Assembly: GCA_038890875.1 (NCBI GenBank)
Contig: JAWAFA010000001.1
Location: 863 to 64,862 of the forward strand
DNA: 64,000 nt
From: Candidatus Pacearchaeota archaeon
GTDB lineage: Archaea > Nanobdellota > Nanobdellia > Pacearchaeales > JAPDKA01
Direction of reading: 5' to 3'
Part shown: positions 18,675 to 28,080 of the stretch, piece by piece
Numbering within the stretch: the first letter of the stretch is position 1
Layout of the letters: the number at the start of each line of letters is the position of its first letter
Notes under the pieces: model-generated
Told to the model about the DNA's origin: nothing
Database searches by the model: none
The model's input: only the letters and a program-made list of their open reading frames with translations
Made by a program: the position numbers and the translations under genes

Positions 18675-19223
18675 ATGGTGAAGGTTATAAGAGGTAAGTA
18701 CAAAATTCAAAATCTTGTAGCTACAACAAGCCTTGAGGTTAATGTTCCTTTAATCAAACTTGCTAAAACAAATCCTAATACAGAATACAACCCTGAACAA
18801 TTTCCTGGTTTAGTTTTACGCATTACTCGGCCAAAGTCAGCTGTACTTGTTTTCTCCTCAGGAAAGCTTGTTTGTACAGGAACGAAAAATATGAAACAAG
18901 TAAATGAAGTTATAAGGCAAGTGATAAAAGAATTAAAAAAAATAGGAATAAAAGTTAAAATAAAGCCTAAGCTCACTATTCAAAATATCGTCGCTAGTGG
19001 TGAGATAAATTTAAAGTTAAATCTTAATCAATTATCTTTGATCTTAGAGAATATTGAATATGAACCGGAGCAATTCCCTGGCTTAGTTTACAAAATTCCT
19101 ATACCAAATGCAACCTTCCTTCTTTTTGGTAATGGCCAATTTGTGTGCACGGGAACAAAGAATAAGGAAGAGCTAAAAATTGCTATAGATACATTAAGAA
19201 AAAACTTGAAAGCAGTTTTATAA
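18675..19223 (+). CDS. tbp: TATA-box-binding protein
   Basis: Two direct repeats each with EQFPGLV…(F/L)SSGK(L/F)VCTGTKN. Confidence 0.9.
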   Translation: MVKVIRGKYKIQNLVATTSLEVNVPLIKLAKTNPNTEYNPEQFPGLVLRITRPKSAVLVFSSGKLVCTGTKNMKQVNEVIRQVIKELKKIGIKVKIKPKLTIQNIVASGEINLKLNLNQLSLILENIEYEPEQFPGLVYKIPIPNATFLLFGNGQFVCTGTKNKEELKIAIDTLRKNLKAVL

Positions 19224-19294
19224 TTTTATTTTTTAACTTGAAGAAAGTTAAAAATTAAAGAAAAATTTAAAAGAAAGTGTTTTTTTAAAAAAAC

Positions 19295-21307
19295 ATGCAA
19301 AGCGAATTTCTACTAGAAGCTAAAGAATTCATTGAAAGTCAAAAAAAAGAGATAATTAAAGAGATCAAAAAAGGAAAGAAAAGTATCACCTTATCTTTTA
19401 ATAGCATTCTTGAATTTAGCCATAAGCTGGCTGATTGGATTCTTGAGAAGCCAGAAGAAGGGCTCGCTAATTTAGGATTTGCTTTAGATGAACTTGGGAT
19501 AGTTAAAGGAGTTAAAATCAGGTTTACTGATTTACCATTTAGCCAAGAGATTAAAATAAGAGAGATAAGAAGTCAGCATATAGGTAAGCTGTTATGTATA
19601 GATGGTATTGTAAGACAGAGTTCAGATGTAAGACCACAAGTAACAAATGCATTATTTGAATGCCCTGCCTGTAGCACAAAAATGAGCATATTGCAGCTAG
19701 ACAAAAGATTCCGCGAGCCAAACAAATGCACGAACTGTGGCCGAAAGAAAAATTTTAAACTAATTGCTAAAGAGCTTGTTGATGCTCAACGCATTGTCAT
19801 TGAAGAAAATCCAGAGAGTTTGGTTGGAGGAGAACAACCAAGAAGGATGAGTGTATTTCTTAAAGAGGATCTCGTCGAGCCAAAAATGGAGGAGAAAACC
19901 ACTCCCGGTTCGAGAGTAAAAGTTATAGGGATATTAAAAGAAGTGCCGATACCTCTAAAAAGCGGTGCTCTTAGCACACGTTACGATCTTGTTATTGAGG
20001 CCAACAATGTTATCCCTCTTGAAGAAAGTTTTGAAGAGCTTGAAATAACAGAGGAGGAGGAAGCTGAAATAAAAGAACTTGCTGCTAGCCCTGATGTTTA
20101 TGAAAAGCTTGCCAAAAGCATTGCTCAAAGTGTTTATGGGTATGATGAAATAAAACTAGCATTAGCTTTACAACTATTTTCTGGGGTAAGAAAAAAGAAG
20201 GCTGATGGTACTTATGCTAGGGGGGATATACACATTTTACTTGTCGGTGATCCTGGAGTAGCAAAATCAGTAATTTTAAAGTTTATTGCCAACATAGCGC
20301 CACGAGGCCGTTATGTTGTTGGTAAAGCAGCGACAGGAGCTGGGATTACGGCTACAGTTGTTAAAGATGAATTTTTAAGTGGTTGGAGTCTTGAAGCTGG
20401 AGCGATGGTTTTGGCTAATAAAGGAATCATTTGCATAGATGAGTTAGAAAAGATGAGTGATCAAGATAGAAGTGCAATGCATGAAGGAATGGAACAGCAA
20501 ACCATTACTATAAGCAAAGCGAATGTTCAAGCAACGTTACGTGCAGAAACTTCTGTGTTAAGTGCAGCTAATCCAAAATTTGGTCGATTCGATCCTTATC
20601 AACATATAGCCCAACAAATCGATTTGCCACCAACCTTAATAAATCGTTTTGATTTAATATTTGTTCTCCGTGATATCCCGGAGCGTGAACAAGATGAAGC
20701 TATCGCTGATCATGTTTTAAAAGAGCATAAAAATATCACAAGAAAGCCACCAATACCACCTGAACTATTGAAAAAGTATATTGCTTATGCAAAACAAAAG
20801 GTTGTGCCTAAACTTACTGATGAAGCAATAGAAGAAATAAAAAATTTTTACGTTAATCTTAGATCTGCTCCAACAAGTGGCGGAGAAGATATACTTATAA
20901 GACCAATTCCAATAAGTGCACGACAGCTTGAGGCATTGATAAGGCTTAGCGAAGCAAGTGCCCGGGTAAGATTAAGTCAGAAAGTTACAGCTGAAGATGC
21001 AAGAAGAGCAATAGGTCTCTTAAGATATTCCTTGCTTCAAGTTGGCCTTGACCAAGAGACTGGGCAAATTGACATTGATAGAATTACCACAGGCGTTCCT
21101 GCTAGTGAAAGAGCTAAAATAATCCTTGTTAGAGAAACGATTAATAGGCTTGAATCAAGGCTTGGGAAGATGATACCAATAAAAGAACTTGCAAAAGAAT
21201 TGGAAGATAAAATAAGTACTGATGAAGTGTATGATATTATCGAGAAATTAAAGGTTACTGGAGATATTTTTGAGCCAAAAAAAGGATTTATTGAAAAAAC
21301 AAGATAA
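19295..21307 (+). CDS. mcm: MCM replicative helicase
   Basis: Zn finger CPACS…CTNCG, AAA+ Walker A ILLVGDPGVAKS, Walker B/arginine finger region, C-terminal wH. Confidence 0.9.
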   Translation: MQSEFLLEAKEFIESQKKEIIKEIKKGKKSITLSFNSILEFSHKLADWILEKPEEGLANLGFALDELGIVKGVKIRFTDLPFSQEIKIREIRSQHIGKLLCIDGIVRQSSDVRPQVTNALFECPACSTKMSILQLDKRFREPNKCTNCGRKKNFKLIAKELVDAQRIVIEENPESLVGGEQPRRMSVFLKEDLVEPKMEEKTTPGSRVKVIGILKEVPIPLKSGALSTRYDLVIEANNVIPLEESFEELEITEEEEAEIKELAASPDVYEKLAKSIAQSVYGYDEIKLALALQLFSGVRKKKADGTYARGDIHILLVGDPGVAKSVILKFIANIAPRGRYVVGKAATGAGITATVVKDEFLSGWSLEAGAMVLANKGIICIDELEKMSDQDRSAMHEGMEQQTITISKANVQATLRAETSVLSAANPKFGRFDPYQHIAQQIDLPPTLINRFDLIFVLRDIPEREQDEAIADHVLKEHKNITRKPPIPPELLKKYIAYAKQKVVPKLTDEAIEEIKNFYVNLRSAPTSGGEDILIRPIPISARQLEALIRLSEASARVRLSQKVTAEDARRAIGLLRYSLLQVGLDQETGQIDIDRITTGVPASERAKIILVRETINRLESRLGKMIPIKELAKELEDKISTDEVYDIIEKLKVTGDIFEPKKGFIEKTR

Positions 21308-21310
21308 AAA

Positions 21311-21949
21311 ATGCTTAGAAGAACAGCTTTTAAAGTATGGATAGAAAATTTAAATAAAGCTAAACAGATTTTTGATGCTGGCAGGTTTATAGGAGTTGAA
21401 TTTAACGGTCAGATAGTTTCACGAGTTAATGTGATTGCTAACGTTATCGATAAATTTCAAGGAGAAAATTTTACCATCATTACGGTTGATGATTCTACTG
21501 GTATTATCGAAGTAAGAGATTTTGAAAATGCACTTAAGAATATTGAAATTGGGGATGTTGTGCTAGTTATTGGAACACTTAAAAGCTATAATGAAAAAAT
21601 CTATTTAGCGAGAGAGATAGTAAAAAAAGTCCATCCTTTATGGTTAGCTGCAAGAAAACTTGAGCTTGAAAAGTTATACGGATTAAAAACAAAAGAAGAA
21701 ACAAAAGAAACAAAAGCCAATGATGGTGAAAAAATTAATCAAGAAAGAATAAATCAAGAAAATGAAGAATTAAAAGAGGCTATATTAAAAATAGTAAAAA
21801 ACAAGGAAGAGATAGGAGAAGAAGTGATTGTTGAGGATATTTATCTTGAATTAAATTATCCAATAGAGGAAATAAAAAAAGCGATAGAGCAATTAATTGA
21901 TGAAGCGAAGATTTATGAACCACGGCCAGGGATAATAAAAACTTTTTAA
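21311..21949 (+). CDS. OB-fold + C-terminal winged-helix protein (RPA32/Stn1-like architecture)
   Basis: N-terminal beta-rich OB-like segment (VSRVNVIANVIDKF…FTIITVDDSTGIIEVRDF…IGDVVLVIGTLKSY), acidic linker, C-terminal wH-like helix-strand region. Starts 4 nt after the MCM stop. Confidence 0.4.
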   Translation: MLRRTAFKVWIENLNKAKQIFDAGRFIGVEFNGQIVSRVNVIANVIDKFQGENFTIITVDDSTGIIEVRDFENALKNIEIGDVVLVIGTLKSYNEKIYLAREIVKKVHPLWLAARKLELEKLYGLKTKEETKETKANDGEKINQERINQENEELKEAILKIVKNKEEIGEEVIVEDIYLELNYPIEEIKKAIEQLIDEAKIYEPRPGIIKTF

Positions 21950-21960
21950 ATTAAGTTTAA

Positions 21961-22305
21961 ATGGCAGAAAAAAGAGTTAAAAATATAGTGATAAGCTTAA
22001 GTTTAGAACCTAGATTTAGGGTTTTTTCAAGAAAGGGATGGATAAATATAGAGGGGATTAAAAAACTAAGGAACATTTTTAGTGAAGAAAGAGCGAGGAT
22101 ATTGTTTACATTAAAACAAGAAAGACCAGAATCTATATATCAACTTGCAAAAAAACTTGGGAGAGATGTCAAGGCAGTAAAAAAAGATCTAAAGATTTTA
22201 GAGCAGATCGGGGTTATTACGCTCACGCAAGAAAAAAAGAAAGCAAGAATAAAGATAAAACCTCAAATTGCTGTTGATGAAATAAATGTAAAGTTTGTTA
22301 TTTAA
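21961..22305 (+). CDS. winged-helix transcription regulator
   Basis: ERARILFTLKQERPESIYQLAKKLGRDVKAVKKDLKILEQIGVI is an ArsR/TrmB-like HTH. Confidence 0.45.
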   Translation: MAEKRVKNIVISLSLEPRFRVFSRKGWINIEGIKKLRNIFSEERARILFTLKQERPESIYQLAKKLGRDVKAVKKDLKILEQIGVITLTQEKKKARIKIKPQIAVDEINVKFVI

Positions 22306-22321
22306 AAGTTTGCTATTGACT

Positions 22322-24445
22322 CTATTGACCTGGAACTGTTTTATAAAATTTTATTCTTCCTGCCAGCTGGTTTTTTGGTTTAAGCAAAGTTAAGATTCCA
22401 TAACCAATTGCAATAATTCCAAGAATTATTATGAGCGGAATCCATGATTTTTTCAATGCTCCGACAACTCCACCAGTTATGCCGCCGCCTTCACTCCCAC
22501 CACCGACGCTCACGCCGCCCTCGCCTCCGCTCTCTCCTCCTTTGCCCTGGCTCTCTTCACTTTTTATGCTCTCATTAATAGTTTGATTTGTTTGGTTCAC
22601 TTCACAGCTTTTTTCAGTTATTGGTAATATACCACCACAATTATTTAAATCAACACAGCTTCTTGTTTGCTTACCATCAATACAAGCACTCCACTCACTG
22701 CATTGCCAACTTGGGCTGCATGAATAATAACTACTGCCACCACCGCCACCTCGTCCGCCTCCGCCGCCAGAGCCGCCAGAGCTACCAGTAATTGTTAAGT
22801 TAAAACTCGTGCTATTACTTCCTTGGTTTCCTGCTTGATCAAAGCAAGTAACATTGAAAAAATAGCTTCCAGATTTTGTGAATTGCTTGGTAAAGTTGGA
22901 ATAACTTGCATTGACAACATCGAGTGATCCATTATAGTTTTGAGGGCCACTAATGACATAACTGCAACTTAAGTTTGTCTTATCATCTATTGCAGTGAAA
23001 TTAAATAAAATGCTCAGAGAGCCTGTGCTACTATAACTTGTTTGATTTGGCTCAATGATTGTCACATTAGGTTGAATAACATCAACTTCAAAGTACAGAG
23101 TCTCGCTTGCATTACTATGGCTAAATTCATCCCAGCAAGTCACGCTCCAATTATGCAAGCCTTCTGCCAGGCCTGAAACATTAGCTAAAAAACTTTGGTT
23201 GCCATTCCCAGCAGCCAGAGTTTGATTAATCTCGCCATCAATGCTTAGATTGCATGTAATGTTTGTTAAGTCACTCGCGCTCCATATAAATGTTGCATTT
23301 GTTTTAACATAGCTATTATTGGCTGGGCTAATTAATTCAATTTTTGGCGCGCTCGTATCAATGATCAAGCGCCGTGTCTCGCTTGTTGCCTGCCAGCCCG
23401 CTTTGTCAATGCAACTGATGGCCCATGAATGGATGCCATCGCTAAGATTTTCAATAAAGGAATAATTTCCTGATGTATTTATAGTAAAAGAATCATTAAC
23501 TTTAGTGTTAAGGATTAAAGAGCAATTGAGCTCTGGATTCAAGCCTGAGCAATTCCCAGCGCAAGTATTATTAAAGGAATCGTCGTCAACATAAAAAGTA
23601 AAATTTACTAATGAATCATTTATAATTGTATTATCTGATGGTGAGGATATTGTTAATGAAGGCATTTTAAAATCTATTCTAAGCCACATTTCTGTTGTTT
23701 CATTGCTATTGCCCGCCTTATCTGCTACTTTATATCTAAAGTTTAAGTATTTTTTTGTTTCATTACTTATTAATGAAAGGTGGGTAGTGCAGTTATTATT
23801 ATTGCAAGTCATAGATTGATTATTATTAATAGTAGAAGATGCACCATATGCACTAACATAATCATAGATTATATAAGCATTATCAACTCCACTTTCAGAC
23901 TCATTAATTATCAGCATAAATGTAATGTTTGTTCCATTTTTCATAAAATCACCATTTGCAGGGTTATAATATAAAATTCTTGGGGCGTTGGCATCATTAA
24001 GAATTGTCACATTAACTTGAGTGAAGTTTGTGGTATTTTGTTTATCAATCGTGATTATTCTCCAAGTATCATTTATAGTATTATTCACAAAATCTGCTCT
24101 TGCATAAAATTCGAAAAGAAATGGACTCGAACCAATACCTGTGGAACTACTATTCCAGTAAATTGAATTATTTGTATATTTATAATCCCACTCGCGAACA
24201 TAGCTCACATTTATAATTGTAAAATTATTCACTGTTAAATTGATTTTACAAATAGCATCACCATTATTGTTTGATATTATAAAAGTAAATTGCTCAATCC
24301 TTCCTTCCCATGTTTGGTTTGGCGTTACTGAGGCTGAAGGGACATGCCAGGCTTTTGCCATGCCGCTTAAGCTGAGTGCAAGCATCAAAGCAAGCATTAA
24401 AGCTAGAATAAAGGCAACAAGTTTAAGTTCAAATTTTCTCGCCAT
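22322..24445 (-). CDS. large cell-surface protein (signal peptide, N-glyc-sequon-rich beta domains, Gly-rich linker, Cys-rich module, C-terminal TM anchor)
   Basis: 707 aa. MARKFELKLVAFILALMLALMLALSLSG signal, dozens of N-x-S/T sites, GSSGGSGGGGGRGGGGGSS linker, SCSPSWQCSEWSACIDGKQTRSCVDLNNCGG, C-terminal TM LIIILGIIAIGYGILTLL. Confidence 0.55.
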   Translation of the reverse strand: MARKFELKLVAFILALMLALMLALSLSGMAKAWHVPSASVTPNQTWEGRIEQFTFIISNNNGDAICKINLTVNNFTIINVSYVREWDYKYTNNSIYWNSSSTGIGSSPFLFEFYARADFVNNTINDTWRIITIDKQNTTNFTQVNVTILNDANAPRILYYNPANGDFMKNGTNITFMLIINESESGVDNAYIIYDYVSAYGASSTINNNQSMTCNNNNCTTHLSLISNETKKYLNFRYKVADKAGNSNETTEMWLRIDFKMPSLTISSPSDNTIINDSLVNFTFYVDDDSFNNTCAGNCSGLNPELNCSLILNTKVNDSFTINTSGNYSFIENLSDGIHSWAISCIDKAGWQATSETRRLIIDTSAPKIELISPANNSYVKTNATFIWSASDLTNITCNLSIDGEINQTLAAGNGNQSFLANVSGLAEGLHNWSVTCWDEFSHSNASETLYFEVDVIQPNVTIIEPNQTSYSSTGSLSILFNFTAIDDKTNLSCSYVISGPQNYNGSLDVVNASYSNFTKQFTKSGSYFFNVTCFDQAGNQGSNSTSFNLTITGSSGGSGGGGGRGGGGGSSYYSCSPSWQCSEWSACIDGKQTRSCVDLNNCGGILPITEKSCEVNQTNQTINESIKSEESQGKGGESGGEGGVSVGGGSEGGGITGGVVGALKKSWIPLIIILGIIAIGYGILTLLKPKNQLAGRIKFYKTVPGQ

Positions 24446-24549
24446 TTTCCTCTTTTAATTTATATCTAAAGGCATGGCCATTTTTAAAGATTTCTTTGAA
24501 AAATTACTACCGAAAAAAACAATTGGCAAAAAGATTAACTAAGCATCTG

Positions 24550-25410
24550 CTAATCATCTGCTAATTGCAAAAGTTGGCATGCTTTGCAGACAGCATTTCT
24601 TGAAGGTTCTCCGCAACTCTTGCAATAGTTTATTTTTTCATTACTTAGACTTTTTTTTAACGATTCTTTTATTTTAAGAAAATTTTTTACTATATTTTTT
24701 TTCACATCCAGGTTTATTTTTTCAAGCTCATTAAGCTTATTTCTTACTTCATGACGGGTAGCTCCAATAACACAAGGACATCGTTGGTAAAGTACTGGAA
24801 AATTCATAAGCTGAGAGTATTGTTTTACATCGACCTCTTTACACCAATAAAGAGGCTTTATTCTCGTAACAAATTTTTTATCATTTATTACACCAGTAAT
24901 TGGACCAAGACCAAGACCATAATAAGGATCACCCCTTAAGATATTCATTATAATTGTTTGTGCCTCATCATCAAGGTTATGCCCAGTAGCAAGTTTAGTT
25001 GCACCAAGCTGTCTAGCCTTTTTATTTATCAACCATCTTCTAATAACACCACAAATAGAGCATTGTTTTAACTTTGCTTTTTGTTGCACAACAGATTTAA
25101 CATAACATATTCCGTATCCTATTTCATCACGAATTGAATAAACATGGAGTTTTATTCCTTGCTCTTCACAAAATTTTTTTACATTTGCCAAATTTTGTTC
25201 ACTCCATTTACCCATCAATAAATTTATATGTAAAGCACTAACATTATAACCAAACTTGTTTAATAAATAAAGCACTGTCGTGCTATCCTTGCCTCCAGAG
25301 CAGGCAACAACAATTTTATCGTTCTTGCTACATAATTCATATTCTTGAATTGTTTTTCTAACTCTTTCTTCAAAATTTCTTATGAAATTTTTCACAGATC
25401 GCTCACTCAT
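24550..25410 (-). CDS. PP-loop ATPase of the TtcA/TtuA/Ncs6 family (tRNA 2-thiolation)
   Basis: SGGKDS PP-loop, N- and C-terminal CxxC pairs (CSIC…C; CKSCGE…CKAC), ~286 aa. Confidence 0.75.
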   Translation of the reverse strand: MSERSVKNFIRNFEERVRKTIQEYELCSKNDKIVVACSGGKDSTTVLYLLNKFGYNVSALHINLLMGKWSEQNLANVKKFCEEQGIKLHVYSIRDEIGYGICYVKSVVQQKAKLKQCSICGVIRRWLINKKARQLGATKLATGHNLDDEAQTIIMNILRGDPYYGLGLGPITGVINDKKFVTRIKPLYWCKEVDVKQYSQLMNFPVLYQRCPCVIGATRHEVRNKLNELEKINLDVKKNIVKNFLKIKESLKKSLSNEKINYCKSCGEPSRNAVCKACQLLQLADD

Positions 25411-25458
25411 TTTCTCATAATGAGAATATAAGATTATAAAAATATAATGGAAAACAGA

Positions 25459-25875
25459 TTATTTCCCTCTTTCTTTCTTGATTTTCTTTTCTATAGCTTC
25501 TGCAATCTTTTGCATCTCTTCTTTAGAAATATTTTTTATATTATCAAGATTTATCGATGCTCCATGACCATCATTTGGGAATCTTGGTACAAGCCAAACA
25601 TGAGCATGCGGCACTTCTTCTCCAAGCACAAGAGAAACAACCCATTCTGTCATTAATGCCCTTCTTATTGCATTAGCAACCTTACCGACAACTTTATAGT
25701 AACCAGCAATATCTTCAACATCCCAAACCCAACGATAATGTTTTTTTGGTATAACGAGAGTATGCCCAGGATTTCTTGGAGCTATGTCAAGAAAAGCAAG
25801 GTACTTTTTATCTTCATAAACCTTGTAACAAGGAATTTCACCCTTGACGATTTTACAAAAGATGCATGTTTCCAT
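25459..25875 (-). CDS. HIT-family nucleotide hydrolase/transferase
   Basis: CIFCKIV… and histidine triad HAHVWLV. Confidence 0.8.
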   Translation of the reverse strand: METCIFCKIVKGEIPCYKVYEDKKYLAFLDIAPRNPGHTLVIPKKHYRWVWDVEDIAGYYKVVGKVANAIRRALMTEWVVSLVLGEEVPHAHVWLVPRFPNDGHGASINLDNIKNISKEEMQKIAEAIEKKIKKERGK

Positions 25876-25949
25876 TATTTTTTTATTTTTTTCATTTTTT
25901 ATATTTTATGTTAAAGAAAAATTTAAAAAGTAGTTACTTTAAAGTTTCT

Positions 25950-26192
25950 ATGACAGATTTACATGAGGTTTATGAAACTGTAATGGATGAAATTGAAAAC
26001 CTTCTTAAAGAAGTAAAAAATGGCCATATTGAAAAAATAAGGATGTTTTATCAAAAAAATAAGAGCGCATTAAACATAGATAGCGTATGTAAGATAATAG
26101 ATGATGTGTTCAGTAAAAAGTACAAAGAAGAAGTTATTAAGATTGTAAAAAGTACTTTGCAGGATCTTATAAAACAGGATTACAAAATATAA
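25950..26192 (+). CDS. small hypothetical protein
   Basis: ORF 25866..26192. The Phe-rich N-terminus overlaps the HIT gene and is likely untranslated. Internal Met MTDLHEVYETVMDEIENLLKEV… gives an ~80-aa helical protein. Confidence 0.3.
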   Translation: MTDLHEVYETVMDEIENLLKEVKNGHIEKIRMFYQKNKSALNIDSVCKIIDDVFSKKYKEEVIKIVKSTLQDLIKQDYKI

Positions 26193-26253
26193 ACGAAAAT
26201 ATAAACGAAAGATTTAAAAAGTGTAGTAATTTTAAAATGATGTCAAAAAGAAA

Positions 26254-27537
26254 ATGCAAAACAAAAATTTGAAGTTTATCTTTTTTGCATTTATCCTTAT
26301 ATTTACCCTTACAGCCATATTTACCTTTACTTCTAACCTTGTTAATGCTTTTGATTATTGTGATGCAAATTCGACAAGTAATTACCTTACTGTAAGTATT
26401 TATAATGAGGATAATTTTAGAGGTAAAGACTTCAAGCCTTATGATAAGTTAAACATCGAAGTAAAAGTAACAAATAATGACAACAAAGATCATGACATTG
26501 TTGTAGAGGCCATACTTGTCGATGGAAATGAGACTATAGAAGATACAAAAGTCAAAAATGAGCTTGAGGTAAATGAAGAGAGTTACAAAAAGATAACATT
26601 AACAATTGAGATTCCGGTAATAGAAGAAAAAACTTATGATGTGTATGTAAAAGCTTATGATGACAGAAATGAGACTGAATGTGTGCAGGATTCAAGCTAT
26701 ATTGATATTGATAGACCAACGAGAGAATTAAGAATATTAAATGCTCTGCTTGATAAAAGCAGTTATAGTTGCTCAGAATCATTAATACTTTCAGGGGTTA
26801 TAGCCAATATAGGAACAAATGATGAAAATCAGGTTAAGCTAGTTTATAGTGATGATCTTGGGAATAGTTTTGAAAATTTTTATTATGATTTGTATGAAGG
26901 AGATGAAATAAATTTCATGTTTACAGCCAGTATTCCTGCAAATGCAAGTGAGAGGCAGCATATTGCAACATTAAAAGTTTATTATGATTACAGAAATGGA
27001 AATTACAATCGAATTGATACTTACAATTATTATTTTACTGTATCTGGAGGTTGTATAAAGCCAGTAAAAGATGTAAGCTTAAGCATGAATATTAATTCAG
27101 AGTTAATGGCTAATGAAACTTATCAGGGAATTCTGCTTTTAAGTAATACAGGCAATCTTGATGCAACTTATATCATTGAAATAAATCCTGACTGGGCAAT
27201 TGTTAATCTTGAAACTGGCCTAGTTAGTTTGAATGTTGGAGAATCAAAAGCAGTCAGCTTTACAATAAAACCAACAAAGGAAGGCAATTTCATGCTTATA
27301 GCAAAAGCAAAGTTTGATGGTAAGGAAAAAAGCATAACAAAGAGTGTTAGTGTAAGTAGAGCTGTTAGTAGTTATGAGAGTTATGACGAAGGAAAATATA
27401 GAAAGGCAAGTTGGTGGGATGAAGTTAAATTTGAATTTGCAAGAAGGCCGTGGGCACTTGCTATAGTTATTGGAAGTCTTATTATAGCTATAGTATGCTT
27501 AATCGGAATGATAGTAATACTTCGTAGTAGCTTTTAG
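26254..27537 (+). CDS. cell-surface protein with signal peptide and C-terminal TM anchor (CARDB/adhesin-like beta domains)
   Basis: N-terminal signal, beta-rich repeats, C-terminal RRPWALAIVIGSLIIAIVCLIGMIVIL anchor. Confidence 0.5.
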   Translation: MQNKNLKFIFFAFILIFTLTAIFTFTSNLVNAFDYCDANSTSNYLTVSIYNEDNFRGKDFKPYDKLNIEVKVTNNDNKDHDIVVEAILVDGNETIEDTKVKNELEVNEESYKKITLTIEIPVIEEKTYDVYVKAYDDRNETECVQDSSYIDIDRPTRELRILNALLDKSSYSCSESLILSGVIANIGTNDENQVKLVYSDDLGNSFENFYYDLYEGDEINFMFTASIPANASERQHIATLKVYYDYRNGNYNRIDTYNYYFTVSGGCIKPVKDVSLSMNINSELMANETYQGILLLSNTGNLDATYIIEINPDWAIVNLETGLVSLNVGESKAVSFTIKPTKEGNFMLIAKAKFDGKEKSITKSVSVSRAVSSYESYDEGKYRKASWWDEVKFEFARRPWALAIVIGSLIIAIVCLIGMIVILRSSF

Positions 27538-27558
27538 GTCTTTGGCTTCTAAGTCTTT

Positions 27559-28080
27559 TTAAACTAAGACTTTAAACTTTTTTTCTCTTATCTCCTCTAA
27601 AACTTTTTCAATAAAATTATCGATATGCTTTAGTAAAACACCTTTTTTCTTCACTATTTGTTTGACAACAAACTCAACTTTAAAATAATTTTTAAATTTT
27701 TCATTCAATTTTTTCCATTGAATCCCTTTCAATGCATCAGCAAGTTTTTTATCAAAACTTAGAGATTTCACAAGCATCAATAAGGCTATCGAAGGATACC
27801 CAAGATAACCTTTAAACCTACTTCCATTATCATCACTTACAATTGCATTTTTTTCTTTGTCATAAATAATTTTATATTTTCTATCACCTTCAGAGCTAAT
27901 ACAACTTGCTTCTACTTTTCTATTTATTTTTTCAATTTTAATTCGTTTATCTGCAATCGCACCAAGAGCCTCAAGAATTTTTATTCTTGGAGGAATTTTC
28001 CATTCAATCTTCCATTCACTAATTTTTTTTCTCTTATTTTCTTTATCTTTTTCTTCTTTATCTTCTTTTTCTTTTTTCAT
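27559..28080 (-). CDS. hypothetical protein (K/E-rich N-terminus)
   Basis: 173 aa, no recognised motif. Overlaps the 5' end of the Fdh-like gene by ~20 nt. Confidence 0.35.
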   Translation of the reverse strand: MKKEKEDKEEKDKENKRKKISEWKIEWKIPPRIKILEALGAIADKRIKIEKINRKVEASCISSEGDRKYKIIYDKEKNAIVSDDNGSRFKGYLGYPSIALLMLVKSLSFDKKLADALKGIQWKKLNEKFKNYFKVEFVVKQIVKKKGVLLKHIDNFIEKVLEEIREKKFKVLV

